64,000 bases of DNA, from positions 160,644,001 to 160,708,000 of the forward strand of contig NC_086097.1 of NCBI RefSeq assembly GCF_963921235.1, given 5' to 3'. Under the pieces are notes generated by a model. It did not search any database. It was not told the origin of the DNA and saw only the letters and a list, made by a program, of their open reading frames with translations. This stretch comes from Mobula hypostoma. Taxonomy: Eukaryota. Of the stretch, positions 24,387 to 38,204 are shown piece by piece (position 1 is the stretch's first letter; every line of letters starts with the position of its first letter). Made by a program: the position numbers and the translations under genes.

Positions 24387-26234
24387 GGCAACACACACAC
24401 AATGCTGGAGGAACTCAGCAGGCCAGGCAGCATCTAGGCGTAGAGTACAGTCAACCTATCGGGCCTAAACCCTTCAGCAGGATGAAGCAAAAAAGCTGAG
24501 AAGTAGATTTAAAAGGTGGGGCATTGAGAGACACAAGGTGATAGGTGAAACCTGAAGGAGGAGGGGATGAAGTAAAGAGCTGCGAAGTAAATTTGTAGAA
24601 GAGACAGAAGGCCATGGAAGAAAGAAAAGGAGCACCAAAGGGAGATGATGGGCAGGCAAGGAGATGAGATGAAGGAGGGAAAAGAGGATGGGAAATGGCA
24701 AAAGTGGGGGGGCGGGTGCGTTACTGGAAGTTGAAGGAATCAATATTCATGCTGTCAGGTTGGAGGCTACTCAAACGGAATATAAAGTGTTCTTCCTCCA
24801 GTCTAAGTGTGGCCTCATCACAACAGTGGAGAAGGCTATGGATATTTATATGGGAATGGGAAGTGGAATTAAAATGGGTGGCCAGTGAGAGATCCCACCC
24901 ACACCAGGAGCACTGGACACAGTATATGACCTCCAACAGACTCGCAGGTGAATTGTTGCCTCACCTGCAAGGACTTTTTAGGGCCCTGAATGGTAGTGAC
25001 GGAGGAGGTGTGGAGGCAGGTGTAGCACTTGTTCTGCTTGCAAGGATAAGTGCCAGGAGGGAAATCAGTGGGAGGGACAAATGGACAAGAGAGCTGAATA
25101 GGGAGCAATCTCTGTGAAAAGCAGAAAGTAGAAGGCAGGGAATAATGTGCTTGGTGGTGGGATCCTGTTGGAGATAGCAGAAATTTTGGAAAATTATGTG
25201 TTGGACATGGAGGCTGCTGTGGTGGCAGATGAGGACAGGAGGAACCCTCTCCCTGGTAGAGTGTTGGGAGGATGGGGTAAGAGCAGATGTGTGAAATGGA
25301 AGAGGTGCAATTGAGCACAGCATTGAAGGTGGAGGAAGGGAAACCTCTTTCTTTGGAAAAGAAGGACATCTCCTTTGTTCTAGAATGAAAAGCTTTATCC
25401 TGAAAGCAGATGAGGTGGAGGCAGAGGAATTGATAGAAGGGGCTGGCGTTTTACAAGTAACTGGGTGGGAGGAGGTATAGTCCAGGTAGCTGTAAGAGTC
25501 CATGGATTTATAATAGACATCAATGGATAAGCTGTCTCCGGAGACAGAGACAATGAGATTGAGAAAGGGGAGGGAGGTGTCAGAAATGGACCAGGTAAAT
25601 TTGAGGGCAGGGTGGAAGTTGGAGGTAAGTGGATGAAGTCAACGAGTTTAGTGTGGATGCAGGAAGCAGAACCAATACAATCATTGATGTAGTGTAGGAA
25701 AAGTGCAGAACAGTCACCAGTGTAGGCTGGGAATATAGACTGTTACATGTAGCTGACAAACAGGCAGGCATAGCTACGACCCATACAAGTGCCTATGGCT
25801 ACACCTTTTGTTTCAAGGAATGGGAAGAGTCAAAGGAGAAATTATTTACAGTGAGAACAAATTCTGCAAGGCAAAGGAGAATAGTAGTGGTGGTGGCGAA
25901 CTGGTTAGGTCTGGTGTCCAGAAAGAAACTGCGAACTTAGAGGCCTTCCTGGTGGGTGATGGAGGTGTATATAGGGACTGGACATCCATAGTAAAAATAA
26001 GATGATGTAGGCCAGGAAACTTGAAATCATTGAAAAGATTCAGAGTGTGTGAAGTGTGATGGATGTAGGTAGGAAGGGACTGAACAAGGTAGGATAAAAC
26101 AGAATCGAGGTATGCAAATGGGAGTTCAGTGGGGCAGAAACAAGGGGTCTACCTGGACAAGTGTGTTTGTGAATCTTGGGTAGGAGGTAGAAAAGGGAGG
26201 TGCAGCAGCATCTGCAGATTTTCTCTTGTTTGTG
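24387..26234 (-). mobile_element. Penelope-like retroelement (RT C-terminus, GIY-YIG region, pseudo-LTR)
   Basis: Minus-strand ORFs contain FYLLPKIHK..PGRPLVSA, YLDYTSSHPVTCK, PGTYPCKQNKCYTC and RLEEEHFIFRLSSLQPDSMNIDF. TSD ATTGAATTTTACA at 24374-24386 and 26235-26247. Confidence 0.9.
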
Positions 26235-26520
26235 ATTGAATTTTACAAGTTCATGCAAGTTCTTGATATCAGTTGCCCATCTGTAATACAGTACTGACTT
26301 ATGCTGCTGGCATTTAGGACAGCAATGAATTTTCCTCCATCTCTGGCAGTTTTCAGCACTCCCTTCAACATGCCAATAGCTTCCTCTGTTTTCACTACTG
26401 TAAGCCATAGGAATCCCGGATTGAGACTCAGGAATACCATCGTTTTCAAATGTAGAAGGATTCTTCGTTGCTGTTTCCATAACAATTTTGTTTTGCCATT
26501 CAGGGTGGTTAGCCCTGAGT

Positions 26521-29360
26521 AAAGCCATGCTGATTATTCCTAATCATATTATGCCTTTCCAAATGTTCATAAATCCTGCCTCTCAGGATCTTTTCCATCA
26601 ACTTACCAACCACTGAAGTAAGACTCACTGGTCTATAATTTCCTGGGCTATCCCTACTCTCCTCCTTGAATAAGGGAAAAACACCAGCAACCCTCCAATC
26701 CTCCAATCCTCCAATCCTCCAGAACCTCTCCTGTCCTCATTAATGATGCAAAGATTATTGCCAGAGGCTCAGCAATCTCCTCCCTCGCTTCCTACAGTAG
26801 CCTGCGGTACATCCCATCCAGTCCTGGTGACTTATCCAACTTGATGCTTTCCAAAAGCTCCAGCACGTCCTTTCTAATATCTACATGCTCAAGCTTTTTC
26901 AGTCCACTGCAAGTCATCCCTACAATCGCCAAGATCCTTTTCCGTAGGGAATACCGAAGCAAAGTATTCATTAAGTACCTCTGCTATTTCCTCCGGTTTC
27001 ATACACACTTTTCCACTTGATTGGTCCTATTTTCTCACGTCTTATCCCCTTGCTCTTAATATACTTGTGGAATGCCTTGGGGTTTTCCTTATTCCTGTCC
27101 GCCAAGGCCTTCTCATGGCCCCTTCTGGCTCTCCTAATTTCATTCTTAAACTCCTTCCTGCTAGCCTTATAATCTTCTAGATTCATATCATTACCTAGTT
27201 TTTTTGAACCTTTTGTACATTCTTCTTCTTGACTAGATTTACAACAGCCTTTGTGCTCCACGGATCTTGTACCCTACCATCCTTTCCATGTCTCATTGGA
27301 ATGTACCAACTCAGAACGCCACGCAAATATCCCCTGAACATTTGCCACATTTCTTCGGTACATTTCCCTGAGAACATCTGTTTCCAATTTATGCTTCCAA
27401 ATTCCTGCGTGATAGCCTCATAGTTCCCCTTACTCCAATTAAACATTTCCCTAGCTTGTCTGTTCCTATCCCTTTCCAGTGCTATGGTGAAGGAGATAGA
27501 ATTGTGATCACAATTTCCAAAATGCTCTCCCACTGAGAGACCTGACATCTGACTAGGTTCATTTCCCAATACTAGATCAAGTACAGCTTCTCTTGTAGGC
27601 TTATCTACATATTGTGTCAAGAAACCTTCCTGAACACACCTAACAAACTCTACCCCATCTAAATGCCTTGCTGTTTGGAGATGCCAATCAATATTTGGGA
27701 AATTAAAATCTCCCACCACAACAACCCTGTTATTATTGCTCCTTTCCAGAATCTGTCTCCCTATCTGCTCCTTGATATCCCTGTTACTATTGAGTGTTCC
27801 ATAAAAAAAAATACCCAGTAGAACTATTGACCCCTTCCTACTCCTAACTTCCACCCACAGAGACTCCGTAGACACCCCTCCATGACTTCCTCCTTTTCTG
27901 CAGCCGTGACACTGTCCTTGATCGACAGTACCATGCCCCCACCTCATTTTCCTCCCTCCCTATCCTTTCTGAAACATCTAAAGTCTGGCACCAGCATTCC
28001 TGCCCCTGCACCAGCCAAGTCTCTAATGACCACCACATCATAGCTCCAAGGGCTGACTCCCACTCTAAGCTCATCTGCTTTATTCATGCTACTCCTCGCA
28101 TGAAAATAGGCACATCTCAAACCATCGGACTGAGGGCGTCCCTTCTCTATCACCTGCCTATCCTTCCTTTCGCACTGTCTCCAAACTTTCTCTATTTGTG
28201 AGCCAACTTCCCTTTTCTCCGTCACTTCAGTTGAAACTCTCCCCAATAGCCTTAGCAAACCTTCCCGCCAGGATATTGATCCCCCTCGGATTCAAGTACA
28301 ACCCGTCCTTTTTGTACAGGTCACACTTGCCCCAAAAGAGGTCCCAATGATCCAGAAACCTGAATCCCTGCCCGCTGCTCCAATCTCTCAACCACACATT
28401 TATCCTCCACCTCATTCTATTCCTATACTCACTGTCAAATGGCACAGGCAGTAATCCCGAGATTACTACCTTTGAGGTCCTACTTCTCAACTTCTTTCCT
28501 AACTCCCTGTAGTCTTTTTTCAGGACCTCCCTTTTCCTACCTATGTCGTTGGTACCAATATGTACCACGACCTCTAGCTGTTCTCCTTCCCACTTTAAGA
28601 TATCGTGGACGCAATCATTAACATCCCGGACCCTGGCACCTGGGAGGCAAACTACTATCTGCATTTCTTTCCTGCGTCCGCAGAATCGCCTATCTGACCC
28701 CCTAATTATAGAGTCCCCCATCACTACTGCCATCCTCTTCCTTTCCCTTCCCTTCCCTTCTGAGCCACAGGGCCAGTCTCTGCACCAGAGGCTGTTGCTT
28801 CCCCCAGGTAGGCCATTCCCCCCCCCCCCCAACATTACTGAAGCAGGAATACTTATTGTTTCGGAGGACAGCCACTGGGGTACTCTCTAGTACCTGCTTC
28901 TTGCCCTTCCCTCTCCTGACTGTTACTCACTTCTCTGTCTCCTGTAGTCGCGGGGTGACTACCTATAGCTCCTCTCTATCAGTTCCTCACTCTCCCTGAC
29001 CAGATGAAGGTCATCGAGCTGCAGCTCCAGTTCCCTAACATGGTCTCTAAGGAGCTGCAGCTCCACACACCTGGTGCAGATGTGGTCGTCCGGGAGGCTG
29101 GGAGTCTCTAGGACTTCCCACATCTGACACTGAGCACAGAAAACCGACCTCACACACAATACTCTCTGTCTTTATTTTAAACAGATAACCTATCTGGCCT
29201 CGACCCTTTATCACCGAAGCCCCGTTGAGCCAAAGCCTTCCTACTCTGTCTCCCAGTACTCCTTCGCCCGCTCTGTAAATCTGTCTTCCTTTTAAACTCT
29301 TCCCACTGTTCTCACTGGCTGACCTTCGTGCGCTTGCGCAGTCGTGCCCTATTCAAACTG
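26521..29360 (-). mobile_element. CR1 LINE 5' half: 5' UTR, ORF1 (zinc finger/zipper plus SGNH esterase), APE endonuclease, start of RT
   Basis: CAQCQMWE..HICTRC; GDSII..HIGTNDI..DGLYLN; VVGDFNFPNIDW..LDLVL..CDHN; NYRPVSLTSVVGK. Frameshifted; ends at QHGF. Confidence 0.92.
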
Positions 29361-29389
29361 CCAAAGAAATAACCCTCCCTATCGAAGAA

Positions 29390-31245
29390 AGATACTACCC
29401 GAAGCAGCCATCCAGCTGGACGGATTCATCTGTTTTCAGGCGGACAGAAAAATCCACATTAAAAAGAATTGGTGTGTGAATGCTTCAGTAGTGACATCCC
29501 ACTGTTTGTCCCTTAGAGAGTTTTTAACAGTGAAGTGCAGGCCCTTTTATGTACTGAGCTAGTTCCCTGCCATTGTGGTTATGGATGTATACTTTCCCCT
29601 CCCCATGCTAATGTTGAGGAAGTGCTGCATGAGCTCTATGGCACCATCAGTGACCTTCAAACCACATTACATGACACTTTTTTTTAATTGTTGCTGATGC
29701 CTTCAATCATGCTAACTTAAAAACAGTCCTGCCTAAATTCTTATCAGCATGTTGACTGCTACCAGAAGCGAAAATACATTCGACCTGGTTTATATCACGT
29801 CTCTGTGCATACAAAGTTGCTCCGCACCCCCGCCTCACATATTCTGACCATTTATCTATATGTTAATTTGTACATACAGGCCACTAATTAAAAAAGTCAA
29901 ACCTGTTCAAAGGGAGATGATGACCTGGCCAGAAGGAGCAACCTTGGCATTGCAGGACTGTTTTGAAAACAGGACCGGAGCAGGTCAGAGAAGACTATCA
30001 TGTTAACATCAATGACTATGCAGGATCTGTGAATGCTAAATAGAGAAGTGCATTGAGGATCTCACCATTATTAAACATAACTGTGTGGGAGCAAATCAGA
30101 AGCCATGGCTGACAGCATAGGTCTGAGCACTGCTGAAAGATTAGGATGCTGTCTTTAGATCGGGGGTTAAGAAGGTTCTTAGGTCAGCAAGATCTGTGCT
30201 TTGGTACAATCAGGAAGGCAAAAAGGGATTATTCACAGTGAATATGCAGCCATTTCTGTGACACCAGAGACACGAGATGCATGTAGAAGGGCATTCATCC
30301 TATAACAGACTATAAGTCCACACTGCACATCAACAGTGACACCTCACTTCCTGATAAGCTGAATGTCTTTTTTGCATGGTTTGATGCACAGAACAATGTG
30401 CTGGCGAGGAAAGCCATTCTCTTCAGGTGCTGAGGGACTATGCAGCCCCATGGGCAGGGGTTCTAAGAGGCATCTTTAGCATCTCTCTGGATACATCCAC
30501 TGTTCCCTCAGGGTTTAAGGTAGCCACTATCATCCTAGTGCCCAAGAGGGTGACAGTAACTTGCCTCGATGTCAACCATCCAGTGTCTCTGACCTCAACA
30601 ATAAGGAAGTGCTTTGAGCATCTGGCTGTAGATTACATTACATCCCATCTTCCTGCTACATTGGACCTTTTTCAGTTCACTTGTAGTTCAACTCAGTCCA
30701 CTGATGATGCCATAGCCCCCACCATTATACCAACTTTTACAGGGGCATAATTGAGAGTGTCATGACCAGGTACATCATCATCTCGTACAGACTTTGCAAG
30801 GCATCAGACCAAATGTCCCCAAAATGGATTGTGAGAACTGGTGAAAAGATTATCGGGGTCTCTCTTCTACCCATCTAAGGTATTTATCAGGAGCCCTGTG
30901 TACTCAAGCCCTTAGCATTGGTGATGGTCCCTCCCATCCGTCCAACAATCTCTTTGACCCTCTCCCATCAAAGCAGGAGGTTCCATAGCATTAGGATAAA
31001 GACTGTTAGAATGGGAAACAGTTTCTTCTCCCAGGCCATGAGACTACAAAGCCCACTGCCACCACCCAGGTTTCCTCATGTATGAAGTGCCTGTAAAGTT
31101 ATACTGTGCGTCTTATTTGTGTATTTGTTTGTGGTAATATTACTTTATGTGTGAGTTGTATGTACTGTGTTGTGCACTAGAGGAATTTTGTTTCATTCAG
31201 TGGTATACATGTATGTGATTGAATGACAATACATTTGAACTTGAA
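29390..31245 (+). mobile_element. Rex1/Babar LINE, decayed
   Basis: FLTVKCRPFY, FKVATIILVPKRVTVTCLD..PVSLTSTIRKCFE and STDDAI; TTGAACTTGA tail. Confidence 0.8.
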
Positions 31246-31544
31246 AATGTAGAGTGAATTTGAGAGTAGAATGCAGAAGTGGTCAAATCGGATAACAAGA
31301 TAAATTAGAAAAACATGGAAAAAAGTACCAAAAATTAACATTTAAACCCGACTGCTAATGCTGGAATTTGGAATAAAGACAGAAATTCATTGTGTCAGGC
31401 AGCATCTGTGGAGGGAAATAGACAGTCGATGTTTCCTCTGGACTGAAAGTGTAGAGGGAGGTGGCAGGGTGAGGCAGAGCTGGCACCTGATGGGTGGATC
31501 CAGGTGAGGAGGGCTGATAGAGAAAGGAAGGGTGGAATTGTAGG

Positions 31545-32460
31545 TCTTTCAGAAACTCATGCAGGAGAAATTATACTAGGATCTGAAGAAATGGCAGAGA
31601 AATGAAAATCTCTCCTGGAAATAGAGGGCTGCAGATATAGAGTAAATTAGGGGTTCAAAAACATTGGTATTAGTGGGGGAGGGGGGGAGTCAGAAAAGTG
31701 GCTCTAGAGAAATTAATGGGATTAAAAACTGAAAGCCAAGACTTGCGCCAGATCATTTGAAAAGAAGTAGCTGTGAAGATGGTGATGCACTAGTTATCTG
31801 GAATAATTCCTACAAACACGAGAGTAGTAAATGCACCTCTGCTCTCTATAAAAGGAAGGAAATGGAAAATGGTAAGTTATAGATATGCAGACATCAGTAG
31901 GGGGGAAATGCTCAAATGTGTTAAGTGGCAATTGGAAAGTAACACTAGGATTGTAAAGAATTGACATGGATTGATAAAAGGAAAATTGTTTGACCAATCT
32001 GAAACTATTTTGAGGTTGTAACTGATACAATAGATGAGAATAAACCAGTAGGTGTGATGTATTTAAACTTCAGAAGGCTCTTGATAAAGTGTGGTAGAAA
32101 GGGAAAGGATTATTACTGTAACTAGAACACACTGTAGTAGTATAGATTGAAAATTCCATTAATGGACAAAAAGTGGAGTAGCAATAAAACAGGTTTTTTT
32201 TTGGATTATTAATCTATGACCTCTGAGGTGCTGCAGGAATCAGTGCTGGATCCCAGCCATTTCTAATGTATATCAATGATTGGCATGTGAGGACCATGTG
32301 TAATATCCAGGTTTGCTCATTACACTTAACCAGATGGGATTGTGGTCCATGAGGAGGATGCAGAGAGGCATATCGATAGGGTAAGTGAATACTCAAGACT
32401 TTGGCCAGTGGAATAGAAAGTGGGAAAATATAAAGTCATCAATATTGTTTTAAAAAGATT
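31545..32460 (+). mobile_element. Highly decayed CR1 ORF2 fragment
   Basis: Degenerate GVMYLNF.KALDKV and QESVLDP.FLMYIND blocks. A minus-strand Penelope pseudo-LTR remnant precedes it at about 31350-31540. Confidence 0.6.
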
Positions 32461-33369
32461 CTCCACCTTCCTATTCGTTGTCACCTTCCTATTCATTGTA
32501 TACAAGGGATTTAAATAGTATTAGTGTTCACTGAATTGCATATCACTGTATATGAAGAAACACTAAAAGTTAATGTGCGGGTTTAGAAGGATTGGTAGCC
32601 TTTTGCGCAAAGATTTAGGTGTCAGAGTAATAGGATGGTGGTAAGATTGTATCTTGGCTATTGGGCTTGCTTTCCCTTGCCAAGAAAGAATATACTTGTG
32701 ATAAAGGAATAGATTTGTATGTAGTGTCAGGAAAATTTCATCTTCCTTAAGTGGAAAAGGTACCAGCTCCCAGTGGTGTGCATTCTGCAATGCCTATAGG
32801 TCAGGAGTTACTGGAAGTTTCCAGACATCTAGTTTTGGAAGTTCTTAGAGGAAATTTAGAATAATGCTACTATTCCCATCAACGGAACTAGCAGCTTGGA
32901 AGGAGGTTATTCGATCCATTTTAAATTGTTGCTGCATCTATGTGTAATCTGTCTTGGTAGGCCTTAAATCCCTGTTCTATCCAAGTAGACTTGAAATTTC
33001 TTGCCATTTAAATACTTTCCAGCCCACATAGAACAACATACTTTAATCTACATCCACTCGTATCCCTAGAAATATATTCCATTTCCTAATTACTGATTAT
33101 ATTTCCTTATTTCATTTTCAGTTTTTAATTGTGAAATACTGTACTGAATGATTTTGTGCATCTAGATGTTGAATATCATGAAACAATGTGAGAAATAGGC
33201 AGTAATAATTTGAAAATTTATCAGAAATGTGCTGGAGTTGTGATTTCAAAAAACAAAGATGAAGAGACTAATGCCATCCATAATAGATCACCAACAAATA
33301 GAACAACAACTCTGTGCAGTTGCACATCCAGTACATATGTAAACCAAACATATGTTACCTGTTGAACCT

Positions 33370-33690
33370 TAAGAAACTGCCAATAATGGTATCTTTTGAG
33401 AGACTCTACCTTCAGTGATCCGGCTCTTGAACCAGTGTGAATAACTTCACTCATCTCAACACTGAACTGATTTCATAAACTATGGACTCACTTTCAAGAA
33501 CTCAACAATTTGTGGTCTAATATTTACTTTTTCATATTTGTACTATTTGTGTTTTGCATGTTGATTGTTTGTAAGTCATTGTGTATAGTTTTTGTTGATT
33601 CTGTTGTATTTCTTCTGTGTATGCCTACAAGAAAATTAATCTCAGGGTATGAGCTTAGATAATAAAGCTTCTTTGAACTTTAACTTTGAA
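33370..33690 (+). mobile_element. Rex1-like 3' end fragment
   Basis: Tail similar to 1420-1610, ending AATAAA..TTTGAACTTT. Confidence 0.5.
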
Positions 33691-34127
33691 ATATGTTGAA
33701 GGATGTAGTTGTTCTTGTAGGTATGAACTAACCCTCTCAAAAGATGTATATTCTCTGTTGCAGTATCAATTTATAATAATAATTTAAAAAATAATAATTT
33801 GGGGCTCTCAGTTTCTCTTGGTACTGAAAATTGCCTTTGACTTCCATTCCTTTACACTTTAATAATTAAAGTTTTTAAGTTTCATTTCTACTGTTCTTTC
33901 TAACTTGATTTGAAGACACAACTCATTTACAATTGTTGATTAAAGGGATGCATGTGTTTACTTCATCAATGGAGACAGTAGATTCTCTGTAAAAGGCATT
34001 GCACATTCCATAGTTGGCTGAGTAGCTTCTAGTGCAAAAGCCCATTTTAGGAAGTCAATGAGGAAGTGAATTTTTTTTTTCTTCTCTTGTCAACTGCAAA
34101 GCTTAGCCCTTAAATTATTATTCAGGA

Positions 34128-34465
34128 CATTTACAGCGATGGGTGCATAAAAAGGGCCCAGAGGATTACTGGGGACCCAAGTCACCCCAACCACAAACTG
34201 TTCCAGCTGCTACTATCCAGGAAATGGTACCACAGCAGAAAAGCCAGGACCAACAGGTTCTGGGACAGCTTCTTCCACCAGGCCATTAATCTGATTAACT
34301 CACGCTGACATTGTATTTCTAAGCTATATTGACTGTTCTCTTGTATATTTTACTGTACATACTATTTATTACAAAATACTATAATTTGCACATTCAGACA
34401 GAGAAGTAAAATAAGGATTTTTATTCCTCATGTGAAGGATGTAAGAATTACAATTTAATTCGATT
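34128..34465 (+). mobile_element. Rex1/Babar 3' end fragment
   Basis: RAQRITGDPSHPNHKLFQLLLSRKWY...DSFFHQAI. Confidence 0.7.
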
Positions 34466-37400
34466 CCCCACCCCACCGCAAACTTCAAAGCAATAACGGG
34501 ATGTATCATTTCATATATTCAAATCATTCAAAAAGAGTGAATTGGGGAAAAAACTACTTGTGTTTATTTTATAGTGTATGTGGGGTATCAAGCTGTATGA
34601 GATAAAATGTTAAAAAGTGCAATGTTAACTCGAAAAAGTGATTTGATTATACAATTGGATAATTGTATCTTTTAATGAGGGTGAAAGCCCATGGAAGGTA
34701 GCTAAATAGGAATGCATTTTCTGAAATAACTTGAAAAGCAACCCTTTAAGAACTGGAGTGGAAAAATAATTTTCAGAAGTAGTTCCTAAAAGACTGAGGA
34801 AATGGATAGAAATTCAAAAATTGCACTCATAAATTAATTATTGAATTGTATGTGTGTCTATTAGAATAGCTTTAAATATTTTGTTGTAAATGCATTTATA
34901 ATTTAATGAAATGTTTCTTTATGTTTAATTCTTGAGTCAAGTGATTTATTGGAGCCAAGCAGCATCTGATATCCTTTGGTATGTAGTTGGATGGATCTTG
35001 CCTAACCATATTATGACAGCACTGTAATTTTTGTTATATTTCTAATATGTTATTTGATTATGGTTTTTCTGAAAACTGGCAATACATGGAATTGTCTCCC
35101 TTGTGAGAGCTTTGCTTCTAAGTGCTTCCACATGACCTTAACCAGCTGAAAATGAGAACTCCACAACAGTTCCCTTCAAGTTGCAATAATGACGTTCAAA
35201 ATCCATTCCAGTGGTTCCCCTTGTTTAAGGTCAAAAAATGGCCATGTGGATCTTTTCTCATTTTGCAGATGGGGACATTGATTCCAAACTGTGGTTTAGG
35301 CATAGTTCCAGGGCACTTCGAAGTTCGCATGCAGTCTGAGAAAATATGTATATAACTCCCTTAATGTTGTACTTTGCTGAGTTTGTTTGGCATGGCAATT
35401 CACTAAGTGGGTAACATACAGACAATAGGTTTGCAGCATTAAGCTGTACAAATTTTTTTGACAAGTTTTGCAAATGTGTTATTTTTTCAAAAATCTGATT
35501 TGTAACTTTGGTTAAGATTTTTTAAAATTTGTTGTGGAAACAAGCTCTAACTGTATTTTGTGAAAGCTAGAAGTACAGTATATTCCATTTGCACAAGAAC
35601 AGAGTAAGCAAATGAAGAAAGTTCCACAGAAGTACTATATTAGAAACACTTGTTAGATTATTTGCTATTCTTTTCTGATTTGTAATAAAAATGTAAATTG
35701 GCAGTTTATTACAAAATGTACATTGATTTAAGCCAGTGGCCTTGCTTGTAGTTTACATTGATTTTATTTAACTTTACACACGGCACTTTTTGTTTTGAGA
35801 AGATGAGACGGGCAGAAAGCTATATAGTATCCAAAATAAATAACCGTACAAAGGTTTTTTTTAAAGTAAATATTCTGTTATTCAAGGACTTTATCAATTA
35901 ATTGAGCATTATTTCACTTTGGCAATAACCTTTCCTGAATATTGTTGTTTTATTCTCTGGGTATTTTTTTTGTTGGAAAATAGTGGATGCCACTCTACAA
36001 CAGTTGTTGAATTTTATTTACTGTATACCGTTGATTATGACTGTAGAGCTATAAGCAAAAGGATTTTGGTCCTTAGTTACCTTAAGAAAATTAAACTTTG
36101 CTGAAGTGTAGATAGATAGAAGGTCTTCAGCAGTGTTTAATCTGGCAATTTCATGACTTGTGAAACTCTTCACCCACAACCTCATCCCCAGCCTCCCACA
36201 CACATTATAAGATGTGGGTATTAAATAGCTTCAGTGAAAGTAATTTTTAACCACTATACTCACTATGTAATGAGACCACTAAAAAGCAAAAATACCGTTA
36301 GGAAAATGGTATGTATTTTTATTTTGCAGTCCCAACCTATCCATCATTAACTTTATTACGTTTGTGCTGCCCTGTAGCAAGAACGCAATCATTTGCAATA
36401 GCAATGACGGGAAAGGAAGTAAATTTGTCTCACCATGTACTCTGCATATGCACGCTGATAGTTATACTGGCTCATCCCCAGAAATGAAGGTTGGCAGCAT
36501 TCTTTGTTTATAATATTTGAACACATTTCTTTATGTAGCATTTTGTACATCTTGTGGTCTTCAGATAGGAGAGTGAGCTTTTAAATAGGACCCAGCAGAC
36601 TAACGACATTTTACATATTCTCTTCAGCATAATTCGTTAGAATAACTATTGTGCTGCTTCATGCACCATTTCTTAATAATTAAAATATACTTTATGATAT
36701 TTCTATGGAAATTTTCCTTTAAAATATTATCCTTTTTATACAGATAAATAGCTAATCTTTTTACAAAAAAGTTTGATTTAACTTATGTAGTACCATCAGA
36801 ATTTTAATTTGGATTGCAATAGAGAATAAATGTTAAGATTGTCAACTGATATTGATGTAAATAGACCAGATAGATTATTAAAAGTAATGATGCATTGAAT
36901 TCAGCTTGTCATTAGAAGTAACCATATAACAAATTAATGTGATGGGCAGCTGTGTGAAGAGATGGTAATTTACCCAAGTTTTTGATCAAGGTCTGTCAAT
37001 GTATCATTTGCATTGCGAAGAAAGTATCTCGCCTTTGGTTGCTTTTTCTATGTAACTTGCTATATTTGTCCATTAAATTCACTACAGAAGGTTGGATTAC
37101 ATCTCTATAATTGTAAGAACACTTTTAACAATCTAATGATAATGGTCAGTTCTGGTATCATACACACACTGCCAAACAGAGCCACACAGACACACAGCCG
37201 ATTGACCTGGAGGCATGAGTTTGAATCCCACCTTAGCAGTTACAGAAATTAAAGTAAAGCAAACAAATCTAAAATTTAAAAGCTAGCTCCAGTAACTTTG
37301 ACTTTTTAATATACCAAGATATATAAATATATCTGGTTCAGGAAGAAATCTGGCACTTGGAGCCAAGATCACAGCAGATTGGTTGGTTCTTGCCTGAGTG

Positions 37401-37589
37401 GTAATGGGGAATGGTTGATAACCAATCAATATTCTGTCCATGAATTGTTTTTAAATTGTCACCTATATTTATCACAGCGTCATGTGTGTACCTGGTGTCA
37501 TTGAGGGGAGTGAAGTAAAAGCGTTCATTTCCAGTAGACAAGCAAAAGTAAACCAAAGAATTCTTCTTAATTCTAGTTTTTAACAATAA

Positions 37590-37757
37590 GACCATCAGAT
37601 GTAAGAGCAGAATTAGGCCACTTGGCCTATCAAGCCTGCTGTGCCATTTCGTCACAGCTGATCCATTTTCCTCTTCAGACCCCATCTCCTGCCTTCTCCC
37701 CATATTCCTTCATGTCCTGACTAACCAAGAATCTGTTAACCTTTGCCTTAAATATGC
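37590..37757 (-). mobile_element. CR1 3' UTR fragment
   Basis: Matches 9560-9730 and 40752-40930. Confidence 0.75.
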
Positions 37758-38204
37758 CAGTTTTGTTCAAATTCTAAAGTTATGTTCATTGTGAGGCATT
37801 CACTGCAAAATGAACAGTGTTGCTAAATCTGAAGTCTTCTAATTGGTTTGTGAAACTGTGTAGGAGCGTGAAATAAATAATTTTGACGTTAGATTACCAA
37901 GGCTCATTTGATTATCATTTAGGTAATTTCTTGCATTTAGGCTTATTTCTGTTCTTTCAAGTATGATATTAGTATAGTATTTAAATTGCATGATTAAAGA
38001 TGAGAGTTTAAGTTCTACTAAGCTAAATTCAGTTAAATAATATGGGAACTTTTATTTAAATAATTAATCTCAGTAACAGTAACTTGGAAATTGAATCTTA
38101 GTGAAAATACATCTGATTTGCTTGCATTTTTCAAGGGAATAAATCTCCCAAGTTTATCTGAGGTAATGTAAGTGTTATCTTGTGACCCAAGTTCATAGCT
38201 CCCT

